A stretch of DNA of 64,000 nucleotides from assembly GCA_000002445.1 (NCBI GenBank), contig CM000208.1:2592001-2656000 (forward strand), given 5' to 3'. Source of the stretch: Trypanosoma brucei. Taxonomy: Eukaryota. Positions 12,103 through 22,016 of this stretch are shown one piece after another. The number at the start of each line of letters is the position of its first letter. The stretch's first letter is position 1. The notes under the pieces were generated by a model. It was given only the letters and a program-made list of their open reading frames with translations. It was not told the origin of the DNA and searched no databases. The position numbers were made by a program, and so were the translations under genes.

Positions 12103-14332
12103 GTTTTCCGGTGCAAAAACTTGCGGATATATGAGATGGTCGCGCGAACGTGGCAGAAGCCGCAGCGGCGTTTGGATTTGGCGGGTCCTTTTTGCGGTGA
12201 ATGCTTGCGGGTTCATAAAACATCCGCGTTGAACCCCGTTTACGCGTGTCGAGGCCGGGGCATACAAATATGACGCCACTTCTTTGGCGCGGCTCCTCGA
12301 GGCTTGGTTGGTTACGCAAGCTCCCAAGCCCGCGGCGATTCGTTGGAAATTTGAGGAGAGGCCCCGATGTGTTCGGCGCTGGCGTTGAGGCCATTGCGAC
12401 GGAAGCTCTACCGGATTTTTGTGTTAAAGGCGCCACAAGTCCGCAAAACCCACTTCACCCTCTGTCGATGCGTTGTTGCGCCAACCAGGGTGGCACAGGG
12501 TGGAGTGGGGGGGGGGGGGGAGAAAAAGATAACCTGTTTTTCGGCGTGTGGCCACACAGTCATGGAGTTTCTTGTACTCAAGCCACGCTTTGCCTTATGA
12601 ATTCTTTCTTTAGGCCCTTGGTTTGTACGATGTCCACTGGCAGGGACAGGGGTTGAAGAAGTCACAACCATAGGAGATGACGACGGTTATTATCATTATT
12701 ATTATTATTTTTTTTTTTTGCGGGGGGCTTTGAAGCGCAGAGACACACACCAATGAGCACGTGTATGCGGTTTCCCCCAAAACTTTCCCCATCCGAGTGT
12801 GTTGCTCCGACGGATTGCCTTACATTACTGAAATTCACGACCGTAAGGGTGAGTCCCAGCCGGCTTCAGCGGCCGCACTGGGGGAGGGGGGAGAGATTAA
12901 GTTGGTCGGGTTTTCTCTTTCCACGCCATCGGCAAACAGCAAAATGGGCAACAGGGGTTAGGATACTCTGCAGAGACGGATCGTACGGGAAAGAGGGGGG
13001 TGACACATTTGCCTTCTAATTCAACACTTGACAATGGCTACGGGAAATTGGGACCATTTTGATCCTCTTGTTCCGCCGAACAACAAAACCAGAAATAACT
13101 ACCCGTTGCCACCTTCAGCGGCTACATATATATATATATTTATGTAAATTTATATGAAGCACACACCGCAGCAACCGGGGCTGTGCCGCTCGGTTGCCCA
13201 TCCACTTTTTTGTGCGTGGGCAACTGGGAAATGGAAGGGAAGGGAGGGGAAGGGTGATGTGTGGAGGAGAGCTCAGGGGATGCCATTCCTTCATCCATCA
13301 AGGGGACTGATGTAATATTTGAAAATGTTACGCGAACCTTCCCACGGCTGCCTCCTAACCTTCCGCCACGTTCTCATCTGCCATAGGCAAATGAAGGTTG
13401 CGGAGCCAAACGAGCGGGGCAGTGCCCTTTACGTAGTCTTTTATCTTGAGCAGACGGAACCGGAGGACGGGAAGGGAACCGTTACACGCGGGACGCGTAG
13501 TTGTGTGCCACAGGCCGTCATTGCCGTTGATATCATCTGCTCCATCTCGGCCATTCCATGTCTAGCCATCAGAGACGACCCCGACCCTCTCTCCACGCGC
13601 TTCTCACTTGCGAGACAAATGACACCGTTTCAAGCTTCTTAGCTATTCACATGGTTCCGATACAGGGGTGCCGAGCCGACTCTCCTCCTCTTTCCGCCGT
13701 GGCCCAAGTTTCGTATCACTTCCATCGAAGTACATGGGTTCGCACTTCGGCCTCGCGTGGATAAATGCCTCTCTCGTCTTAAAAAAAAAAAGAATTGCTT
13801 TGTTTCCTCTCCCCGCGGAAGCGAATATGGGGTGTCCCTTGCTTCGTCATGCAACCTCCTTGACAGGCGGCGGTTCTTTCAAGCTTTACTCTTCGCAAGG
13901 GGGAAAACGTACATGATGATATGATCATTCAAGGACGCAAGAAAAAAGGGGACACCCACACATATACGTATATATACATATTTTTGTACATGTGTCAGCG
14001 CATCTGCATATCATGTCTTGTGGTAAAAACGATGTGCTACAGCTGTTGGGCCTTCCCTGCGAGGAGGAAGTGTACGCTCGTAATTTCAACCCCTCATTTG
14101 TCTACTGAGCACGCACTCATGAGAGGAATGGAAGGAAAGGGGGGGGGGGGGAAAGTAAAACTATGAGGCGCACGGCACATACACGCAGGAGTAGAAATAA
14201 CGGCCACACGTTTATGCTTGACGTCGTCACTGCGACAATACCGTCAGCTTTGGGCCAGCAGAAAAACAACACTCCTTCACCACGCGTGTCCACTTTAACC
14301 GCGGCAAAAAAAGTTCTGCACCTGTTGATGGG

Positions 14333-16045
14333 TTAACGAGGTGATGAAAAGTGCCTCAGAAGTTCTCTTAGTTGCTCAGAACGTACGGCGTCGTGCGTGT
14401 AACGCTGGAGGTCTCCTAAGATCTTTGCAAGCACCTCATCGCGAGTCCTTCCTGACCATCCCCAATTGTCGTATTGCCTCCGGAGCTCCGAATCCTTGAG
14501 AAACCGAAACGCAATTGATTCCCCCAACTCGCCCTCTTCACTGCCCCCTTCCAATGGCGTGACGCCTTCGCCCCTCATGTCGGAGTCTTGTACATCACTT
14601 CCCACTGCTTCTGGGGTTGCCAACAACTCACCTTCATCCAAAAATCTTTCTTTGGGGGCACACGGGCTCTTCTTCCCTTCTTCCTCATCCTCATCCTTCC
14701 ACTTCGCACCATCGGAGAAACTTACATCGACAACCGGCGAATGCTTCTGCAGCGCAAGTCGCACAAGATGCAAAACACTCTGCTTGTTTTTCGTCTTCAA
14801 AGTGTTCACCTCAGCGGACTGATATCTTTTCGGTTGGTACTGCATCACGTTTCCACCATAGAAAAGATTATATTCTTGAAAAAGTTCGTGGCGACAGAGA
14901 TCTCCACAGGTGGGACGCTGCTGAGGGAAAAAGGCAAGGCAGCTGGATATCAAATCAATCCATTTCTGCTGCCGATCCCGCGTTGTGTGCAATCGCCACT
15001 GCTCGTTCATCATTCCAACCAATCGTGAGGGACGTGGAGCGCTCCGGAGGAGATAATTTTGAGCGTTTCCCACAGGCATGAATCTTCGTATATCATCATG
15101 GCTAGGTGTCCCAACAATGTTAAGAATCACTTCTAGTTGTGTGCTAGCAAGTTGTCCATCCCACACCCCTTGTTCATTAAGGGCGGATTCAACATTAAAC
15201 AAAGCTTTCCCTGTAACCATTTCGAAAAGGATGCAACCCACCGACCACACATCAATCGACGGCTCCCCTCCCGAGACATTGGTAACGATCTCAGGTGGCC
15301 TGTAATAGCGCGTGCAGACATAAAAGGTGTCACTTGCTTGGGCGTCCCGTGCAAGGCCAAAATCGGCTATGAGCGCCGTTGATTTGTATGGATCTTTACC
15401 ATGCAAACGAACCAAAATATTTTCTGGCTTTATATCTCTGTGGACGATATTACACTTGTGCAAAAAATCCAAACCAAAACATATCTGAAATGCAAAAACA
15501 ACAGTGACCAGCTCAATGAATTCATCTGTCATGGCCGGTTTACTGCCTGAAGATGATACGTGCTTTATAAAATAGAGCAAGTCACCCTTCATCAGAGGCA
15601 TCACTATATGGAGACTAAATTCGTCCTCTCCGCTCAAGCGATTCACCATAGAAAGGACTTTATCATGGTATTTGGAAAGCTCGTCATTGCGGCTTTGATT
15701 AGGGTATTGAGGCCCTGCGGCGTCGAAGCGGCGGGCGTCCACCAGTGTCGTTGCCCCGTCCCTACCACCTTCATCCTGAGAGAGCACGTTGTCAGCACCG
15801 CTTGGGGTCGCAAACATGTCAAAGTACCCAATCACGTGAGGATGAGCGTCATGGAGGAAAGACATTATATCTATCTCTCTAACGAGGCGGGCGCTTTCCT
15901 GGTTTACAAAGCGCGAAGGGATTGTCTTCACGGCAACATGTTCTCCTGTGAAACGATCTACGTGCTCGCTCACAATACCGAATCCACCCTTGCCAACGAC
16001 CGCAACGTGCTCATACCGCCAAGCGAGTAACGGGACATTGTGCAT
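14333..16045 (-). CDS. Serine/threonine protein kinase, CMGC-like, with a long insert between the N-lobe and the catalytic loop.
   Basis: 570-aa ORF containing GKGGFGIV (Gly loop), VAVK, HRDIKPENILV, DFGLAR, TRYYRPPE (close to the GSK3/CMGC SRYYRAPE motif) and DVWSVGCIL. Confidence 0.8.
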   Translation of the reverse strand: MHNVPLLAWRYEHVAVVGKGGFGIVSEHVDRFTGEHVAVKTIPSRFVNQESARLVREIDIMSFLHDAHPHVIGYFDMFATPSGADNVLSQDEGGRDGATTLVDARRFDAAGPQYPNQSRNDELSKYHDKVLSMVNRLSGEDEFSLHIVMPLMKGDLLYFIKHVSSSGSKPAMTDEFIELVTVVFAFQICFGLDFLHKCNIVHRDIKPENILVRLHGKDPYKSTALIADFGLARDAQASDTFYVCTRYYRPPEIVTNVSGGEPSIDVWSVGCILFEMVTGKALFNVESALNEQGVWDGQLASTQLEVILNIVGTPSHDDIRRFMPVGNAQNYLLRSAPRPSRLVGMMNEQWRLHTTRDRQQKWIDLISSCLAFFPQQRPTCGDLCRHELFQEYNLFYGGNVMQYQPKRYQSAEVNTLKTKNKQSVLHLVRLALQKHSPVVDVSFSDGAKWKDEDEEEGKKSPCAPKERFLDEGELLATPEAVGSDVQDSDMRGEGVTPLEGGSEEGELGESIAFRFLKDSELRRQYDNWGWSGRTRDEVLAKILGDLQRYTHDAVRSEQLRELLRHFSSPR

Positions 16046-16388
16046 GACGCTTTTTACTACCTCTCCTTTTTAGATGTTCTCTGACCTTTTGTGCGCGGTT
16101 ATCGTTACACATGTATGAAACGCGATGCCCCCACCTCAAACGCACCCTCACGCGCACAGTGAGCAGGTGTGCGTGTGAAAGAGGAGAGGGGTTGGGAAAG
16201 AGAGCGGTTTACGAACCAATGCCGCGGGTGTTGTAGCGTTGAAGTAACACCATATATCAATGAGGGGTCTGGGTGTAGCACACATACCTCGTTTTTTGTG
16301 CTCTTTATTCATTTCGTTAGTTACGTTGGCTCAGTTTGATTTCCCTTTTCCTTTCTTTACCAGAACCACACGGACCTTCCTTCGCCTT

Positions 16389-18443
16389 TTAACCATCGTT
16401 AGCCTTCTCCTCCTTGTCTTTCTTCACCTTCTTCACTTTCTTCCTTTTGTCGAGGAGTGCGAATGCAGCGTCCAACTCAGCTAGCTGCCTTTGACGGGTT
16501 TCTTCCTCCTTTTCCTTCTTTAGTGCAGCAACATCTTTTCCAGCACCTTCTCGGGCGAGGCGGCTGTTCAGCTGCTTCTCTTCCGTCGCTATATGTCGTT
16601 CCTTTAGCATTTTCTTCTCCTGCTCCTCAAACTCCCTGCGCACTTTATTCTTATAGTCGTTGAGTGACCCGTTAAACGGACGGACATTCTGGTTACCCGC
16701 TTCCCATATCTGCATATCTGTCTCTTCAATCAAACGCGCGTCGTGAGTAACAACCAGAACCCCTCCTTTAAAGTTTTTAATTGCATGACAAAGGGCTTCA
16801 ATGGATTCCACATCCAAGTGGTTCGTCGGCTCATCAAAAAGGAGGAAGTGAGGTTTCTCAGCGCTAATTGCAGCTAACGCTACTCGTGCCTTCTGCCCAC
16901 CGCTTAGTGTTGCAATCTGGTTCTTGTGCACGATACCTTCCAGGCCAAAGCTTCCAAGCTGGCGTCGCGCCTTGTCCTCCTCGCGGATTCCAAGGGACTG
17001 AATGAATTCCACCGATGTCTTTTCCAGGGGCAACTTGTCAACGAAGTGTTGATTGTACCGACCAATGCGGACTTTTCGATTCATCGTGATAATACCCTCC
17101 GTGGGCTCCAATTGCCCCGTCAAGAGGCTCAGCAGTGTACTTTTTCCGATGCCATTGGGGCCGCAAAGTGTTATACGGCTGTCGGCCCAAAGTGCACAAC
17201 TAACCTTGTGGAAGAGAACCGGACCTCCAGGATAGTTAAACGAGACATCCTCTAGCTTTACTATGTAACCATCTGGCAGTTCCGGCGGCTCGGAAAAGGG
17301 GAAGTTGACGATATAGTCGCGGCGTTTCTCCAAATATATTGGGTCCAGGCGGCCGGTGCGCACTTGGTCTTTAATCCACTCATCCACCTGAGCATTCGAC
17401 ATGCCATTGCGCTTTTTCTCGTTGATGGTCTTGTTGAACGTTGCATACTTCTTGTCGATCTCTTGGTGTCTTTGGCGCAGTTGTTCGTCGAAGCCACTGA
17501 AACCGCCACGGTAATAGTTCAGTTGGTAGTTTTCAACGTGAACCATGTGCGTGCACACCTCATCCAGGAAGCCTGCATCGTGCGAGACAACAACCAGAGT
17601 CTTTGGTCTCCGCGCCTTTTCATTATACTGCTCACAGAGGTATGACTCCAACCAAATGACGGCGTTTAAATCCAAATGGTTTGTCGGTTCGTCCAACATG
17701 AGCACATCGGGCTCAATGAAGACGGCGGCCGCCAGGGCAATGCGCTTGCGCCAGCCACCGCTAAAGCTGCTCGTTGGACGCTCATGCCACTCCGTAGGGA
17801 AGCCCAACCCAAACAGAATACGCCTGGCACGGGCCTCGGCCTGTGCAGCACCCATTATATCCAGCTCTTCCTCTAAGAAGTTCAGGCGCTCCATCTCTTC
17901 ATGGGAGAGTTCCGTCTTTTCATGAAGTTGGGCTGCCTCACTTGCAAACTCTCTTTGCTTTTTGTGGCTTTGAAGAACAGCCTGGACGGCGCTCACCTCG
18001 GACTCATGAAATTCTTGTTCCTGCTCCACGAGTAACAGCTCCAAATTTGACTGCACAGGGAGCTCCCTTGAACTTAGTAGCCTAAGAATAGTAGACTTAC
18101 CACGGCCGTTCGGCCCCATCAACCCGTACCGTGCGCCCGCCGACAACCGCACTTGTGTGTCCTTGAAGAGAACTTTCCCGTTAACAGACACGGCAACACG
18201 CTGTAAGGAAATGTCACGAGACCCCTCAGTCCCCTTGTCGTGTTCCCATGTCACCGAAAAGGGATTGTCACCATCCTTATTAACGCAGTTTGCTTGCTCT
18301 CGCAGCTGCCGCTGTTCTTCTAGTAGCTTTTCAGTCCTCTCTTGCTTTTTGCGGTCCTTCCGAGAAAGAACTGAAACCTTCACATCACTATCACCCAAGA
18401 CATTGGCATCTCCCACACATCCAGCAGTACTAAGCGAAGACAT
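16389..18443 (-). CDS. ABC-F family ATPase: two nucleotide-binding domains, no transmembrane domain, lysine-rich C-terminal tail.
   Basis: 684-aa ORF with two Walker A boxes (GPNGRGKST, GPNGIGKST), two ABC signatures (LSGGWRKR, LSGGQKAR) and two Walker B boxes (LMLDEPTNHLD, LLFDEPTNHLD). No hydrophobic segments. Confidence 0.85.
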   Translation of the reverse strand: MSSLSTAGCVGDANVLGDSDVKVSVLSRKDRKKQERTEKLLEEQRQLREQANCVNKDGDNPFSVTWEHDKGTEGSRDISLQRVAVSVNGKVLFKDTQVRLSAGARYGLMGPNGRGKSTILRLLSSRELPVQSNLELLLVEQEQEFHESEVSAVQAVLQSHKKQREFASEAAQLHEKTELSHEEMERLNFLEEELDIMGAAQAEARARRILFGLGFPTEWHERPTSSFSGGWRKRIALAAAVFIEPDVLMLDEPTNHLDLNAVIWLESYLCEQYNEKARRPKTLVVVSHDAGFLDEVCTHMVHVENYQLNYYRGGFSGFDEQLRQRHQEIDKKYATFNKTINEKKRNGMSNAQVDEWIKDQVRTGRLDPIYLEKRRDYIVNFPFSEPPELPDGYIVKLEDVSFNYPGGPVLFHKVSCALWADSRITLCGPNGIGKSTLLSLLTGQLEPTEGIITMNRKVRIGRYNQHFVDKLPLEKTSVEFIQSLGIREEDKARRQLGSFGLEGIVHKNQIATLSGGQKARVALAAISAEKPHFLLFDEPTNHLDVESIEALCHAIKNFKGGVLVVTHDARLIEETDMQIWEAGNQNVRPFNGSLNDYKNKVRREFEEQEKKMLKERHIATEEKQLNSRLAREGAGKDVAALKKEKEEETRQRQLAELDAAFALLDKRKKVKKVKKDKEEKANDG

Positions 18444-18490
18444 TATCCTTCAATATTACCTCGCAACAAGTTCAAACAAACAGACAAAAA

Positions 18491-18624
18491 ATGAATCAGT
18501 TTCAGTAAAAGAAATGAAACAGGCGGGCAGGAAGGGAAAGGAACGTGAGGTGGAGTCGGTTTTCGAATGCCGTACCACGTTTTTCCATCCCCCATGCCTC
18601 GTCTCCTCACATTCATATGTGACA
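18491..18624. repeat. 134-bp intergenic element, downstream copy of a direct repeat that brackets the HSP83 unit.
   Basis: tgaatcagtttcagtaaaagaaatgaaacaggcgggcaggaagggaaaggaacgtgaggtggagtcgg...cattcatatgtgacac is about 97% identical to 21250..21383. Confidence 0.9.
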
Positions 18625-18642
18625 CAGGACATCTGCAATGAT

Positions 18643-18700
18643 ATGAAGATTAATAATAATAATAATAATAACAATAATAATAATAATAACAATAGCGGTG
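18643..18700. repeat. (AAT)n / (AAC) trinucleotide microsatellite in the HSP83 3' flank.
   Basis: aataataataataataacaataataat... seen directly. Confidence 0.9.
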
Positions 18701-18998
18701 ATGATAATTGTAAATATACACACACACACACATATATATATATATTTACTCATACCTCTCCGTGTAAAAAACAATTAATAATCACTGTTAGAAACGACAG
18801 TAGGAAAACGAGAAAACAAAACAAAAACAAAACACCCTAACTTTCCGCTTTCTCACCCTCACATACTTTCTCAAATGGAAAGGACAGAGGAATCCGTCTG
18901 CGCGTGAGGGAGAGAAAAAAAAAAGAGAGGGGGAGAGTGAAAACACGAAACGAAAAACGTCAGATCATATAGGTGAATGTGTATCACACGGCTGCCCA

Positions 18999-21113
18999 TC
19001 AGTCCACTTCCTCCATACCCGACGCACCAGTACTGGAGTTGGCGGCAGCAGCGGCAACGGGTGCCTGCGCTTCCTCCTCTTCCGCATCATCGTCGAGTGA
19101 GAGACCCAATTTGATCATGCGGTGGATACGGTCAGCGTATGCCGTGGGGTCATCAAGTGTAAACCCGGATGTCAGCAGCGAGGTGTCGAAGAGGAGGAAT
19201 ATCAGGTCCTTGGCGGCCTTGTCGTTTTCGTCGGCCTCCACGCGTCGTTTCAGCTCCTTGACGATGGCGTGCGTGGTGTTGATCTCCATGGTCTTCTTCG
19301 ACATCATGTACGCAGACATGCTGGAGTCTCGCAGAGCCTGGTTGCGCATGATCTGTTCCATGTGTGCACTCCACCCGAACTCTGATGTCACGAGAATGCA
19401 TGGTGATGTTGCCAACCGGTCGGACACCACCACCTTCTCCACTTTGTCACCAAGTACCTCTTTCATTGCCTTGCACAGCCGCTCGTATGATGCCTTCTCT
19501 TCTTCCCGCTGTTTCTTCTCTTCCTCCGTCTCCTCGAAGTGTACACCCTCCTTTGTGAGGCACGCGAACTTTTTGTCCTCAAAGTCCTTCACTTGCTGCA
19601 TCACATACTCGTCGATGGGGTCAGTCATGAAAAGTACCTCCATGCCGCGGCGCTTCGCCTGCTCGATGAACGGAGACGTTTCGAGCTTCTTCTTGCTGTC
19701 ACCCGTCACATAGTAGATGCACTTCTGACCATCCTTCATGCGTGTCACGTAGTCCTTCAATGTCGTCATCTCCTCACCGGATTCCGAACTGTGGAAGCGC
19801 AGCAGTTCCATCAGCTTCTTGCGGTTTGTGCTGTCTTCGTGGATGCCCAGCTTCACGTTCTTGCTGAACTGTTCGTAGAACTTCTTGTAGTCCTCCTTGT
19901 TCTCTGCGAGCTCCTCGAAGAGCTCCAGGGCCTTCTTCACAATATTCTTACGGATCACCTTGAGGATTTTGTTCTGCTGCAGGTTCTCACGGGAGATATT
20001 TAGTGGCAGGTCCTCGCTGTCCACCACACCGCGCAGGAAGCCGAGCCACTCGGGGCACAGGTCCTCACAGTTGTCCATGATGAACACGCGGCGGACGTAT
20101 AGCTTGATGTTGTTGCGCTTCTTGTTTGGTTCGAACATGTCAAAGGGTGCGCGCTTCGGGAGAAATAAGATAGCCCGGAACTCCAGCTGGCCCTCCACGG
20201 AGAAGTGCTTCGTAGACAGCTGCTCTTCCCAGTCGTTCGAGATGGCCTTGTAGAAGGAGGCGTACTCCTCCTTTGTTACATCTTTCGGGTCGCGCGTCCA
20301 CAGTGGCTTGTGCTTGTTCTGCACCACAAACTCCTGCTTCACTTCCTTCACCTTTTTGGTTTTCTTTTTCTTGGCATCGGCATCATCGCCGTCCTTCACC
20401 TCTTCCACCTTTGGCTCCTCACCTTCCTCAGCCTTTTTGGCGGCCTCTTCGTCTTCGTCTTCATCTGTCACCTCCTTCTCAGTGGTGTTCTCCACCATTA
20501 ACTCGATGTCGTAGCCGATAAATTCGGAGTGTTTTTTGATGAGGTCCTTCAGCCGCCGCTCCTCCAGGTATTCCTGCTGGTCTTCCTTCAAATGCAAGAC
20601 GATACGCGTACCGCGCTTCAGGTCACAGTCGGGCGTGGAGGTTACAGTGAAGGTACCACCTGCAGAGGATTCCCACGTGTAGGCATCGTCCTCGTTGTTC
20701 TTCGACACAACGGTTACGCGGTCTGCGACAAGGTAGGCAGAGTAAAATCCGACGCCGAACTGCCCGATCATGCTCATATCGCCACCGGCCTCCAATGCCT
20801 CCATGAATGACTTGGTACCGGAGCGAGCAATCGTACCAAGGTTGTTCACCAGGTCGGCTTTCGTCATACCGATGCCACTGTCCTCCACCGTCAGTGTCTT
20901 ATTTACTCGGTCGGGGATTACGCGAATGCGCAAATGGGGTTCATCTCCGAGCACGGACTGGTTCGTCAGACTCTGGTACCGGATTTTGTCGCACGCATCT
21001 GACGAATTACTAATTAGCTCGCGAAGAAAAATTTCCTTGTTTGAATAGAAGGTATTAATAATAAGGGACATTAGCTGATTGATTTCAGCCTGGAATGCGA
21101 ATGTCTCCGTCAT
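18999..21113 (-). CDS. HSP83: Heat shock protein 83 (HSP90 family), full length, 704 aa.
   Basis: N-terminal ATPase signature ...[15 protein letters not shown]..., GTIARSGT, the charged linker, and C-terminal MEEVD (the TPR-binding tail). The length matches trypanosomatid HSP83. Confidence 0.97.
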   Translation of the reverse strand: MTETFAFQAEINQLMSLIINTFYSNKEIFLRELISNSSDACDKIRYQSLTNQSVLGDEPHLRIRVIPDRVNKTLTVEDSGIGMTKADLVNNLGTIARSGTKSFMEALEAGGDMSMIGQFGVGFYSAYLVADRVTVVSKNNEDDAYTWESSAGGTFTVTSTPDCDLKRGTRIVLHLKEDQQEYLEERRLKDLIKKHSEFIGYDIELMVENTTEKEVTDEDEDEEAAKKAEEGEEPKVEEVKDGDDADAKKKKTKKVKEVKQEFVVQNKHKPLWTRDPKDVTKEEYASFYKAISNDWEEQLSTKHFSVEGQLEFRAILFLPKRAPFDMFEPNKKRNNIKLYVRRVFIMDNCEDLCPEWLGFLRGVVDSEDLPLNISRENLQQNKILKVIRKNIVKKALELFEELAENKEDYKKFYEQFSKNVKLGIHEDSTNRKKLMELLRFHSSESGEEMTTLKDYVTRMKDGQKCIYYVTGDSKKKLETSPFIEQAKRRGMEVLFMTDPIDEYVMQQVKDFEDKKFACLTKEGVHFEETEEEKKQREEEKASYERLCKAMKEVLGDKVEKVVVSDRLATSPCILVTSEFGWSAHMEQIMRNQALRDSSMSAYMMSKKTMEINTTHAIVKELKRRVEADENDKAAKDLIFLLFDTSLLTSGFTLDDPTAYADRIHRMIKLGLSLDDDAEEEEAQAPVAAAAANSSTGASGMEEVD

Positions 21114-21249
21114 CTTGGCCGTTTATATGTTATCTCTCTGTATGTGCGGGTGTCGTATAACAAGTGCTTATTTTTATCTACACTATACCTGGTTATTCAA
21201 CGAAATTTCACCGCAGTTAGTGACAGAAACGCGAAGAATAGGGCATTTG

Positions 21250-21383
21250 ATGAATCAGTTTCAGTAAAAGAAATGAAACAGGCGGGCAGGAAGGGAAAGG
21301 AACGTGAGGTGGAGTCGGTCTTCGAATGCCGTACCACGTTTTTCCATCCTCCATGCCTCGTCTCCTCACATTCATATGTGACA
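21250..21383. repeat. 134-bp intergenic element, upstream copy of the direct repeat bracketing HSP83. The spacing to the other copy is about 2.76 kb.
   Basis: Near-identical to 18491..18624, with three substitutions. Confidence 0.9.
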
Positions 21384-22016
21384 CCGAACAATTTTTACTT
21401 TTTTTGTTCCTTTTTTTTTTTAAGGTACACTTGTATAAACGGTTTATTATTTTTTTTATGTTAAGTTTCTTTTACGTTTATTTTTGTTGTAGTTCTAATT
21501 AAGTGTGAAGTGTGGAAGGAAGTGTCGTGAGTTTTTTTTTTACTTCGTATCGTTGTTCCTTTTTTTTCCCCCCTGTTGTGGTGTTTTGTTTCATAATCTT
21601 GTTCCTTTAAGGAGAAAGGAAGATGAGGAGGATATCAACGGTACTCATTGTGTACATTTGTTGTTTCTTTTGTATTTGTAATACCAACAATTTTCTTTCG
21701 TTATTTTTCCTTTTTTTTTCTCGTTGTTCATTACCTGCTTTTTTTGTATTTCGTTGTCGAGTTATATATATGTATGTTTTGTGTTAACGTGTAAAATACA
21801 TAAATGGTTGTGTACACGCACACTAGCATTGATATATTAACCGAATAAAGTGTACAATAAACGAGATGGAAGATACTAAAGAAGGGGGGGGGGAGAAATG
21901 ACAGGATTTCTGCTCAATTGCGACAAACGAATAGCGTGGTAGCATTGCTAATTGCTCTCCTGCAGATCGTTTGTGCTTACGATACAAGTAAATTACACTA
22001 AAAATAAGAACCTTTG

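Noticed and set aside
11999-12436. Minus-strand 145-aa ORF and small plus-strand ORFs over the tRNA cluster.
   Set aside because: They overlap confidently folded tRNA genes and GC-rich spacer. The ORFs are by-products of the GC-rich sequence.
18157-19713. Plus-strand ORFs of 227 aa and 246 aa overlapping the ABCF start, the spacer and the HSP83 3' end.
   Set aside because: They are antisense to well-supported genes and run through simple-sequence DNA ((AAT)n gives poly-Asn). They are Ser- and low-complexity-rich with no motif.
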